DNA of 64,000 nucleotides, from the NCBI GenBank assembly GCA_902614975.1, contig CACMND010000005.1, positions 34,765 through 98,764 of the forward strand, written 5' to 3'. This document shows positions 9,309 through 17,518 of the stretch, in pieces. The translations under genes were made by a program, and so were the position numbers. Numbering within the stretch: the first letter of the stretch is position 1; every line of letters begins with the position of its first letter. The stretch is from an uncultured Pelagibacteraceae bacterium (GTDB lineage Bacteria > Pseudomonadota > Alphaproteobacteria > Pelagibacterales > Pelagibacteraceae). Under the pieces are notes generated by a model that was not told the origin of the DNA, did not search any database, and was given only the letters and a program-made list of their open reading frames with translations.

Positions 9309-9860
9309 GTGAATAAATCACTTCTAAAATTCATTACAGACGTTGGGCCTTTAGCTATTTTTTTCTTTTTTTATTATAACAGTGATAAAAATTTAAAAGT
9401 TGCAATACCACCTCTAATTGTCGCAACAATAATTTCTGTTCTATTGGTTTGGATACTGGAAAAAAAAGTTCCGATGGTTCCTTTGTTAGGAGGAATTTTA
9501 ATTACTCTATTTGGAGGTTTAACAATTTATTTTGATAATCCAATTTTTATTTATATGAAACCCACTATTATAAATATTTTATTTGCCTTAGCTTTATTCT
9601 TTGGAAAATACTTCACCAATGAACCAGTTTTAAAATTAATACTTGGAAAAACACTGCCAATGTCTGATGAAGGTTGGAAAATTTTGAATAACAGATGGAC
9701 TTATTTTTTTATTTTTTTAGCTATATTAAATGAAATTGTTTGGAGAACTCAAACAGAGGAATTTTGGGTTAACTTTAAAGTTTGGGGAATGCTACCAATT
9801 ACATTCATCTTTACAGCATCACAAGTTGGGTTGATTAATAAACACAAATTAAATGAGTAA
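9309..9860 (+). CDS. yciB: intracellular septation protein A (YciB/IspZ)
   Basis: 183 aa, 5 TM helices, N-terminal LKFITDVGPLAIFFFFYY pattern typical of YciB; GTG start. Confidence 0.7.
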   Translation: MNKSLLKFITDVGPLAIFFFFYYNSDKNLKVAIPPLIVATIISVLLVWILEKKVPMVPLLGGILITLFGGLTIYFDNPIFIYMKPTIINILFALALFFGKYFTNEPVLKLILGKTLPMSDEGWKILNNRWTYFFIFLAILNEIVWRTQTEEFWVNFKVWGMLPITFIFTASQVGLINKHKLNE

Positions 9861-10188
9861 TTTAAAATTAGTAATAAATAATTCAAACAAAGAACAAAAC
9901 CAAAGGTATTTTTTTGAAAAAAAAGAACTAAAAATTATATTAGACCTATATGCTAAAATGGTATCTGAAGGATCTTGGAAAGACTATGGCCTCTCAATAT
10001 CAAGTAAAAGAGTAAGTTTTAGTATTTTTAAAAATGCAGCAGAAAAAGCTATCTACAACATTTGTAAAAATTTTAAACCTTCTAATAAGAATTTGAAATA
10101 TTTAATAACTGATAGAAATGGTAAAATTTTAAATAATGCTTATGATTTAGAAATACTTCTAAAAAAAACAAATTGGAAAAAACTATAG
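9853..10188 (+). CDS. DUF2794-like conserved alphaproteobacterial protein
   Basis: 111 aa; FFEKKELKIILDLYAKMVSEGSWKDYGLS resembles the F-x-R-x-EL-x-x-IL-x-x-Y-x-x-MV-x-x-G-x-W-x-DYA core I associate with DUF2794. Confidence 0.45.
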   Translation: MSNLKLVINNSNKEQNQRYFFEKKELKIILDLYAKMVSEGSWKDYGLSISSKRVSFSIFKNAAEKAIYNICKNFKPSNKNLKYLITDRNGKILNNAYDLEILLKKTNWKKL

Positions 10189-10195
10189 TTTTTGA

Positions 10196-10951
10196 TTATC
10201 TTCTTTGACCGAACAATCTTAAAAGCATTATAAATAAATTTATAAAATCTAAGTATAATGTTAAAGCTCCCATAATAGCTTTCTTGCCAATTACTTCACC
10301 TGAATCTGATGCTGCGTACATATTCTTAATTTTTTGTGTATCGTATGCAGTTAATCCAACAAATATAAGAACTCCAATGATTGAAATAGCAAAGTACATC
10401 ATTGAAGATTTTAAGAAAATATTTACTAAAGATGCGATTATAATACCGATCAAACCCATCATTAAGAATGATCCAAATTTTGTGAGGTCTCTTTTAGTTG
10501 TGTAACCATATATACTCATAGCTCCAAATGTTGCTGAAGATATGAAAAATACTCTCGTCACACTAAGACCTGTGTAAACTAATAAAATTGATGATAGTGA
10601 CAAACCCATCAAGGCTGCAAAAATCCAAAAAGTAGTTTGAGCTTTTGAAGAACTCATTTTATTTATCCCAAAACTCATATAAAAAACAATTCCGAGAGGA
10701 GCTAACATAACCACCCATTTCAATCCTGATAGATAAATTGCATTTCCGAACTCAGTTAAAGCAACTATTGATCCGCTTGCATCTGTAACTACTGACATTT
10801 TAAAAGATAGCAATGCAATGATTCCCGTTAACAAAACTCCAGTTGCCATGTAGTTGTAAACTTTAAGCATGTAGGCTCTAAGGCCTTCATCCATCACAAC
10901 AGCTTTTTTTGCTGTCGTTGATCTATTTAAGATATTGTCTCTATTGAATTC
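10196..10951 (-). CDS. Bax inhibitor-1 / YccA family membrane protein
   Basis: 7-TM protein; MDEGLRAYMLKVYNYM N-terminal block and basic C-terminus typical of BI-1/YccA. The ORF extends to 10990, but the Met at 10951 (MEFNRDN...) fits family length better. Confidence 0.8.
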   Translation of the reverse strand, partial: EFNRDNILNRSTTAKKAVVMDEGLRAYMLKVYNYMATGVLLTGIIALLSFKMSVVTDASGSIVALTEFGNAIYLSGLKWVVMLAPLGIVFYMSFGINKMSSSKAQTTFWIFAALMGLSLSSILLVYTGLSVTRVFFISSATFGAMSIYGYTTKRDLTKFGSFLMMGLIGIIIASLVNIFLKSSMMYFAISIIGVLIFVGLTAYDTQKIKNMYAASDSGEVIGKKAIMGALTLYLDFINLFIMLLRLFGQRR

Positions 10952-11026
10952 CATAATTAAATATATAGTAATAATTTTAAAATTTTTCAAGCAGTCAAAA
11001 TATAGGTAACAAATACTTAATATTTA

Positions 11027-12061
11027 ATGAATTATAAAAAATTAGGAACAACTGATATAGATATTAGCACAATTTGTCTCGGCACCATGACTTGGGGTGA
11101 ACAAAATAGCCAAGAAGAGGCCTTCGAACAAATGGATTTCTCACTAGAAAATGGGGTTAATTTTTGGGATACAGCAGAACTTTATGCGGTACCTCCTAAA
11201 GCTGAAACTTTTGGTCATACAGAGACGATCATTGGAAATTGGTTTGAAAAAACAAAAAAAAGAAAAGATGTGATACTTGCAACTAAAGTTTGTGGTCCTG
11301 CAAGAGATTATATTAGAAATGGTGAAAATAGTTTTGTAGGGAAGAATCTCGAAACTGCACTTCATAACAGTCTTAAAAGACTTAAAACTGATTATATAGA
11401 TTTATATCAACTTCATTGGCCAGAAAGAAATGTAAACAATTTTGGAAGACTTGGTTATGTGCATAAAGAAAATGAATGGAATAAATTCGAAGACGTGTTG
11501 GTTGAATTACAAAAGTATATTGAGCAAGGTAAAATTAGACATGTAGGTTTATCTAATGAAACTCCTTGGGGTGTTATGAATTATCTCAAACTCTCAAAGG
11601 AAAAGAGTTTGCCAAGAATGATGTCCATACAAAATCCCTATAGTTTATTAAATAGGTCATATGAAGTTGGATTAGCCGAGGTGTCTATAAGAGAAAATAT
11701 TGGCTGTTTATCTTATTCTCCTTTAGCCAGTGGTTTTTTAAGTGGTAAATATAGAAATAAGCAATTTCCAAAAGGATCTCGGATGGAAAGAGATTGGGAT
11801 TTTTGGACAAGATATCGAAAACCAAATACTAACGAAGCTGTTGATGAGTATTTTAATATTAGTGAAAAATACAACATTGATATGAGTCAAATGTGTATAA
11901 AATTTTGTGAGATACAGGATTTCATGTCTAGCGTTATTATTGGTGCAACAACAATGGAGCAGTTGAAAACAAACATAGAAAGTGTAAAAGTGAATCTTGA
12001 TAAAGAAATAATTAATGAAATTAATGAAATTCAAAAAAAATATCCAAATCCATGTCCATAA
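11027..12061 (+). CDS. NADP(H)-dependent aldo/keto reductase (Tas-like)
   Basis: 344 aa; GTMTWG, FWDTAELY, DLYQLHWP, GLSNETPWG motifs of the AKR superfamily. Confidence 0.85.
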   Translation: MNYKKLGTTDIDISTICLGTMTWGEQNSQEEAFEQMDFSLENGVNFWDTAELYAVPPKAETFGHTETIIGNWFEKTKKRKDVILATKVCGPARDYIRNGENSFVGKNLETALHNSLKRLKTDYIDLYQLHWPERNVNNFGRLGYVHKENEWNKFEDVLVELQKYIEQGKIRHVGLSNETPWGVMNYLKLSKEKSLPRMMSIQNPYSLLNRSYEVGLAEVSIRENIGCLSYSPLASGFLSGKYRNKQFPKGSRMERDWDFWTRYRKPNTNEAVDEYFNISEKYNIDMSQMCIKFCEIQDFMSSVIIGATTMEQLKTNIESVKVNLDKEIINEINEIQKKYPNPCP

Positions 12062-12552
12062 TTTTTAAAATAATTTTTTTTATTCTCTTATTAGGATCAA
12101 CTTCTTATTCAGAAGAATTAAATAAGATAGGAACATTTAAAGACTGGGATGCAATTGTTGTTACTAATGGGGATAGTAAAGTATGTTTTGCTCAATCTAA
12201 ACCTGTTCTTCAATCTCCTAAAAAAAATGATAGAGATGCAAGATTATTTGTAACTTTTAGACCATCTGAAAAAATTAAAGACGAAGTAAGCACAACCTCA
12301 GGCTATGAATACAACAGTCAAAATTCAATTACAGCTAGCTCTGGTAAATCAAAATATAAATTTGATATATCTCAAGATAATTTTGCATGGATTTCAAGTA
12401 ATAAAATTGAAAAAAAAGTTGTTAGCAGAATGAAAAAGGCCTCAAGATTAATGGTTACTGGATATAATAAATCTGGATCTCAAACAATTGATCATTATTC
12501 TTTGATGGGCTTCACTAAAGCATATAACGCGGCTAAAAAAAGCTGTAGTTAA
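12052..12552 (+). CDS. secreted protein, possibly invasion-associated locus B (IalB) family
   Basis: 166 aa; signal peptide, WDAIVV...KVCFAQS and C-terminal YSLMGFTKAYNAA...C resemble IalB-type proteins; weak call. Confidence 0.4.
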   Translation: MSIIFKIIFFILLLGSTSYSEELNKIGTFKDWDAIVVTNGDSKVCFAQSKPVLQSPKKNDRDARLFVTFRPSEKIKDEVSTTSGYEYNSQNSITASSGKSKYKFDISQDNFAWISSNKIEKKVVSRMKKASRLMVTGYNKSGSQTIDHYSLMGFTKAYNAAKKSCS

Positions 12553-12555
12553 ATA

Positions 12556-13740
12556 ATGAAATCAAAGAAAAAGATAGTTCTTGCCTATTCTGGAGGTTTG
12601 GACACATCAATCATATTAAAATGGTTACAGGAAAATTATGATGCAGAAGTAATTTGTTATACTGCAGACATTGGTCAAGAAATAGATAGAAATAAAATTT
12701 TCAGAAACGCAAAAAAACTTGGCGTAAAAAATATTATTATTCAAGATCTAAAAGATATTTTTGTAAAAGATTATGTTTATCCAATGATTAGGGGCCATGC
12801 AATATATGAAGGTGTTTATTTGCTTGGAACCTCAATTGCCAGACCTTTAATAGCCAAAGATCAAATTAGAATTGCTAAAAAATTTAATGCCTATGCTGTG
12901 TCTCATGGATCAACAGGAAAAGGAAATGATCAAGTAAGATTTGAGTTAGGTTATCATTATTTTGGTCCTAAAATAAAAGTTATTGCGCCTTGGAGAATTT
13001 GGAAACTGAAATCTAGATCAGATCTAATTAATTATGCAAAAAAAAATAAAATTGAAATACCTAAAGACAAGAAAGGAGCGCCACCTTTTTCGGTAGACGA
13101 TAATATTTTTCATACATCAACAGAAGGAAAGGTGTTAGAAAATCCAAAAAACTCTGCACCTGACTTTATCTTTCAAAGAACGTTATCTCCAGAAAAAGCA
13201 CCTAATAAATCTTCAATTGTAAAAATAGACTTTAAAAGTGGAGATCCAATTGCAGTGAATGGGAAAAAATTATCTCCGTCTAAATTGCTTGGAAAATTAA
13301 ACGACATTGCTGGAAAAAATGCTGTTGGAAGAGTTGATCTAGTAGAAAATAGATTTATCGGTATAAAATCAAGAGGTGTATATGAAACACCAGGCGGAAC
13401 TTTATTAATGCACGCTCATAGGGCTATAGAGTCTGTTACACTTGATAAAGATACAATGCATAAAAAAGAAAAAATTATGCCTAGATATGCGGAACTGATT
13501 TACAATGGATATTGGTTTTCTAAAGAGAGATTTAAATTACAAAGAATTGTAGATCTTAAGAGAAGTAAAGTTAATGGATCAGTTAAATTGAGGTTATATA
13601 AAGGGAATGTTATTATTCATTCAAGAATGACTAAAAGTTCAGCTTATTCTATGAAAAAAGTTTCATTTGAGGAAAATAAAACTTTTAATAAATCAAATGT
13701 TGAAAGATTTATTAATTTTCACAAGAAAAAATTAAAATAA
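12556..13740 (+). CDS. argG: argininosuccinate synthase
   Basis: 394 aa; VLAYSGGLDTS N-type ATP-pyrophosphatase motif, SHGSTGKGNDQVRFE, full-length collinearity with ArgG. Confidence 0.95.
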   Translation: MKSKKKIVLAYSGGLDTSIILKWLQENYDAEVICYTADIGQEIDRNKIFRNAKKLGVKNIIIQDLKDIFVKDYVYPMIRGHAIYEGVYLLGTSIARPLIAKDQIRIAKKFNAYAVSHGSTGKGNDQVRFELGYHYFGPKIKVIAPWRIWKLKSRSDLINYAKKNKIEIPKDKKGAPPFSVDDNIFHTSTEGKVLENPKNSAPDFIFQRTLSPEKAPNKSSIVKIDFKSGDPIAVNGKKLSPSKLLGKLNDIAGKNAVGRVDLVENRFIGIKSRGVYETPGGTLLMHAHRAIESVTLDKDTMHKKEKIMPRYAELIYNGYWFSKERFKLQRIVDLKRSKVNGSVKLRLYKGNVIIHSRMTKSSAYSMKKVSFEENKTFNKSNVERFINFHKKKLK

Positions 13741-13746
13741 AATAAC

Positions 13747-14901
13747 ATGAATTTTGAACCAAGTCGGGCGCAAGCCATTAATAAACTAGATAATTTTGTT
13801 GAAAATAATCTTTCTGAATATTCAAGATTGAGAAATTTTGATTTTGGTCCAGATAAAAGATCAAATATATCTTGTATTTCTCCATATATATCTCATGGAA
13901 TATTAAATGAGTTAGAAGTTATAGATAAAGCCTTAAAGAAATTTTCATTTTCTAAAAATGAAAAATTTATTCAGGAGGTTTTGTGGCGTACTTATTGGAA
14001 AGGATGGTTAGAATTAAGACCTAATGTATGGACAGATTACATAATAGAACTAAAAATTATAAGAGAAAAATACAAAGATAATAAAGATTATTTAAATGCC
14101 ATTGATGGAAATACAAATATAGAATGTTTTAATGAATGGGTTAAAGAATTAAAAAAATTTAATTACCTTCATAATCATACAAGAATGTGGTTTGCCAGTA
14201 TCTGGATTTTTACTTTAAATTTACCTTGGCAATTAGGAGCTGAATTTTTTATGAAGCATCTCTATGATGGAGATGCAGCATCTAATACATTAGGATGGAG
14301 ATGGGTTGCTGGGATACAAACACAAGGTAAGCATTATTTGGCAAGTGAATGGAATATAAAAAAATTTACTAATAACAGATTTAATAACATTAATTTAAAT
14401 GAAAATGCACCACCTAAAGTTAGCGAGAAAATATACAAGGCTCTCTTAAAAGATTTTAGTAATCCAGTAAGTTTGGATGAGCAAAATTTAATTATTTTTG
14501 ATAATAGTCTTTCTTTTGAGTTGACTGATTTCAAAGACCATAAATTTAAAAAAATTTATTTAGTTAATAATAATAACGGCAGTAGGAATATTAAACTTAG
14601 TGAAAAAACAGTGAAATTTAAGACTAATATAATTCAGGATCAAAAAAGAAGGTTGGATGAAAAATCTTTGGAATGTGAAATTATTGATATTGATAACCTT
14701 AAAACAATTGAGAATAGTTATGTTTTATATCCTTGTGTTGGAGAAAACTTAGATTTTTTAACTTCTCAAGGAATAAATAATATAAAATTTCTTTATCGTA
14801 ATTTAGATCGAAGTTCTTGGAAATATTGCAATAAAGGTTTTTTTAATTTCAAAAAGTTTATACCAACTATAATTAAAGAATTTTTTAAAGAACTATTGTA
14901 A
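13747..14901 (+). CDS. cryptochrome/photolyase-family protein with the FAD-binding domain at the N-terminus and an alpha/beta-like domain at the C-terminus
   Basis: 384 aa. Residues ~1-205 match the photolyase FAD-binding domain (SCISPYISHGIL, EVLWRTYW, YLHNHTRMWFASIW, DGDAASNTLGWRWVAG). The C-terminal ~170 aa carry N-terminal-domain-like blocks (LIIFDNSLSFE, KGFFNFKKFIP). Confidence 0.7.
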   Translation: MNFEPSRAQAINKLDNFVENNLSEYSRLRNFDFGPDKRSNISCISPYISHGILNELEVIDKALKKFSFSKNEKFIQEVLWRTYWKGWLELRPNVWTDYIIELKIIREKYKDNKDYLNAIDGNTNIECFNEWVKELKKFNYLHNHTRMWFASIWIFTLNLPWQLGAEFFMKHLYDGDAASNTLGWRWVAGIQTQGKHYLASEWNIKKFTNNRFNNINLNENAPPKVSEKIYKALLKDFSNPVSLDEQNLIIFDNSLSFELTDFKDHKFKKIYLVNNNNGSRNIKLSEKTVKFKTNIIQDQKRRLDEKSLECEIIDIDNLKTIENSYVLYPCVGENLDFLTSQGINNIKFLYRNLDRSSWKYCNKGFFNFKKFIPTIIKEFFKELL

Positions 14902-14929
14902 ATTATCAAAATTATGAGATAACACTAAT

Positions 14930-15160
14930 ATGAATAACCCGCAAGTTCTTGAAATTATTGAAAATCTTAAAGGCAGAAGGAATTACGAAGAAAAGAAAGC
15001 TTCAAAATTAGGTTTCAACTCTCTTTACGCATACATTGAAAATAAAATATTAAAAGAGAAAGAAGCTGAAGCAGCAAAAATTCTTGAGCAATCAGCCCCT
15101 AAAGAAGAAGTAATTGAAACAAAAAAACTAGAGAAAAAGAAAAGCTGCTCTTGTTGTTAA
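14930..15160 (+). CDS. hypothetical small charged protein with C-terminal CSCC
   Basis: 76 aa ORF, Lys/Glu-rich helix-like sequence ending KKKSCSCC; no family recognised. Confidence 0.4.
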   Translation: MNNPQVLEIIENLKGRRNYEEKKASKLGFNSLYAYIENKILKEKEAEAAKILEQSAPKEEVIETKKLEKKKSCSCC

Positions 15161-15289
15161 TTAGTTATTTTTTGAACATTTCTTAGAACAATATTTCACT
15201 TTATCCCAGTTTAGTTTCCATTTTTTTCTCCAAGTAAAAGGTCTCTTACATGCAGGGCAAATTTTTGTGGGTAAATTTTCTTTTCTCAC
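15161..15289 (-). CDS. DUF2256-like small zinc-ribbon protein (not in ORF track, below size cutoff)
   Basis: Own translation: (GTG)MRKENLPTKICPACKRPFTWRKKWKLNWDKVKYCSKKCSKNN*. It has a CPxC...CSxxC pattern and a W-rich core like DUF2256. The GTG start overlaps the TAG stop of the upstream photolyase-family gene (TAGTG). Confidence 0.6.
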   Translation of the reverse strand: MRKENLPTKICPACKRPFTWRKKWKLNWDKVKYCSKKCSKNN

Positions 15290-16779
15290 TATGCAGTATT
15301 TTGTTTAATAAATTTTTCTGCCTCAGCTAAAATTAATTTTTTTCTATCAGGTTTCATTTTATCGAAAATTCTAACCATCATAGAAAGTCTAGGATTTTTT
15401 AAAAAGAAGGCTCTATTTCTATTTATGAATCTCCAATAAAGACCATCCATGGTATTGCACCATTCTCCTTTTTTAAAATCCATCATTTTCATGAAATAAG
15501 CGGAGCCGCAAATATATGGTTTTGTTGCAAAGATTCCTCCATCACTGAAAAGCCCCATTCCATAAACATTCGGGACCATTACCCAGTCAGAGGAATCCAC
15601 AAACATTTCCATAAACCATTTGTAAACATACGTTGGCTTAACTTCACATAAATTCATTATGTTTGATAAGATCATTAACCTTTCAATATGATGTGACCAA
15701 CCATAATTCACTGCATTTTTAATAGCATAATCTAGAGGTGGTAATCCTGTTGTTCCTTCGTACCATGAGTTTTTCATTTTTCTATTTTGTTTAAAAAAAT
15801 TTCTAGTTTCCATTTCTTTTGAATAGCTTTGATATATTCCCCTCATAAATTCTCTCCACCCGATTACTTGACGAATATAACCCTCTAAGGAATTTAATCT
15901 TATTTTATTTTTGTTGTGAAAATCTAAAACTTTTTTAATTATAAATTCTGGAGTTATAAGACCTAAATTGATGTAAGGACTTAAAGCACTATGAAATAAT
16001 ATATTGTCTTTCTGATCAACTGCATCTTCATAATCCCCAAATAAATTTGATTTTTCTTTAATAAAAAAATTTAATAATTTAATTACATCATCATATTCCG
16101 TAGCAAACCAAAAGTCTTTCGTATTACCTGGGTGACTTTTAAAATTTTTATCAATTAAAATTTTTAGTTTTCTCGTATGAACAGTCTCATTAATTTTAGG
16201 AAATTTGGGTATAGATATATTTTTTGGAAGTTTATTTCGATTTTCTTCGTCAAAACTCCATTTGCCTCCTTCTGGATTACCATCTTTTTTCATGAGTATA
16301 TCCAAATCTCTTCTAGTCTCTTTATAAAAAACTGCCATAAAAGGTTTTTTTGATTTCGATAAATAGTTTTTGAATTTTTCTCTAGAATTTAAAAACATTG
16401 GTGTTTGAATAATATTCCATTTAATTTTTTCCTTTTTTAAAAAATTGGTAATTTTATTTTCAAAAAACTTATCCTCAATTTCGAAACTTGAAATTTCTTT
16501 AATTTTTTTTGTTTTAATTATTTTTTTTAATTTTTCTGTGTAATCCAGCTTAAAAGATTTATCCTCGATCGAAGAATATTCTAATTTAAATTTATTTTTT
16601 TTTAGTCTATCTGCGTGAGATCGCATGCAAGATAAGAACAATAATATCTTTTGTTTATGATGCTTTTCGTACGTACAAAGCTGATAATCTTCAGCCATAA
16701 AAAAAAAGTGGTCTTTTCTGTACTTTTCTAGATATTTCTCTGAGAAAAGCTGATTTCCAAGTAGAAAAAATAATTTCAT
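15289..16779 (-). CDS. cryptochrome/photolyase family protein, Fe-S bacterial (6-4) photolyase / CryB-PhrB-like (COG3046 type)
   Basis: 496 aa; N-terminal LFFLLGNQLF, central GWREFMRG, HHIERLM, C-terminal Cys set (CEVKP, PYICGSAY, GEWC) compatible with the 4Fe-4S ligands of FeS-BCP proteins. Confidence 0.8.
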   Translation of the reverse strand: MKLFFLLGNQLFSEKYLEKYRKDHFFFMAEDYQLCTYEKHHKQKILLFLSCMRSHADRLKKNKFKLEYSSIEDKSFKLDYTEKLKKIIKTKKIKEISSFEIEDKFFENKITNFLKKEKIKWNIIQTPMFLNSREKFKNYLSKSKKPFMAVFYKETRRDLDILMKKDGNPEGGKWSFDEENRNKLPKNISIPKFPKINETVHTRKLKILIDKNFKSHPGNTKDFWFATEYDDVIKLLNFFIKEKSNLFGDYEDAVDQKDNILFHSALSPYINLGLITPEFIIKKVLDFHNKNKIRLNSLEGYIRQVIGWREFMRGIYQSYSKEMETRNFFKQNRKMKNSWYEGTTGLPPLDYAIKNAVNYGWSHHIERLMILSNIMNLCEVKPTYVYKWFMEMFVDSSDWVMVPNVYGMGLFSDGGIFATKPYICGSAYFMKMMDFKKGEWCNTMDGLYWRFINRNRAFFLKNPRLSMMVRIFDKMKPDRKKLILAEAEKFIKQNTA

Positions 16780-16806
16780 TAACTATATATAACTCTTTAA
16801 AAATTT

Positions 16807-17517
16807 ATGTCAGAAAAATATTTAGTAGTAGGTGCGACAGGATCTATCGGATCTAATTTAGCCGAACAGTTATACGCAGCCGGCAAAGAAGTACATTTAA
16901 TTGGTAGGGATGAAGAAAGAACAAAATCTTTGTCTGAAAAACTAAATTGTAAATATACAGTCTCTGATGTTTTAGAAAATGGTTTTGTTGAAAAGATTAA
17001 GTCCGAAATAGATGATATCAAAGGTATAGCTTATTGTGTTGGTTCAATTGATTTAAAACCTTTAAGAATGGTTTCAGAACAAGATTTTACAAAATGTATG
17101 AAACTAAATTTATATTCTGCAGTAGATTTAATTAAAGGTTATCAAGAAAGTTTAAAAAAAAATAAAGGATCGATTGTTTTGTTTTCAACTGTTGCTGCTC
17201 AAAGGGGATTTACAAATCATGCAATTATAGCTTCAACTAAAGCAGCTGTGGAAGGATTAACTGTTTCTTTAGCAGCAGAATTTGCTCCTAATATAAGAGT
17301 AAATTGCATTGCTCCAAGTTTAACTAATTCAAAAATTGCAGAGCCAATGCTTAAAAATAAAGTTTTAGCTGATGGTATAGCAAAAGCCCATCCATTAAAA
17401 AGACTTGGAGAAGGTAAAGACTCGGCTTCGCTTGCAAAATTTCTAATAACTGAAGACAGTTCTTGGGTTACAGGACAAATTATTGCTGTCGATGGTGGTA
17501 GATCAAAACTTTCATAG
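16807..17517 (+). CDS. short-chain dehydrogenase/reductase (SDR) family protein, atypical active site
   Basis: 236 aa; GATGSIGSNLA dinucleotide motif, IRVNCIAP, but IASTK in place of the YxxxK catalytic motif. Confidence 0.8.
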   Translation: MSEKYLVVGATGSIGSNLAEQLYAAGKEVHLIGRDEERTKSLSEKLNCKYTVSDVLENGFVEKIKSEIDDIKGIAYCVGSIDLKPLRMVSEQDFTKCMKLNLYSAVDLIKGYQESLKKNKGSIVLFSTVAAQRGFTNHAIIASTKAAVEGLTVSLAAEFAPNIRVNCIAPSLTNSKIAEPMLKNKVLADGIAKAHPLKRLGEGKDSASLAKFLITEDSSWVTGQIIAVDGGRSKLS

Positions 17518-17518
17518 A

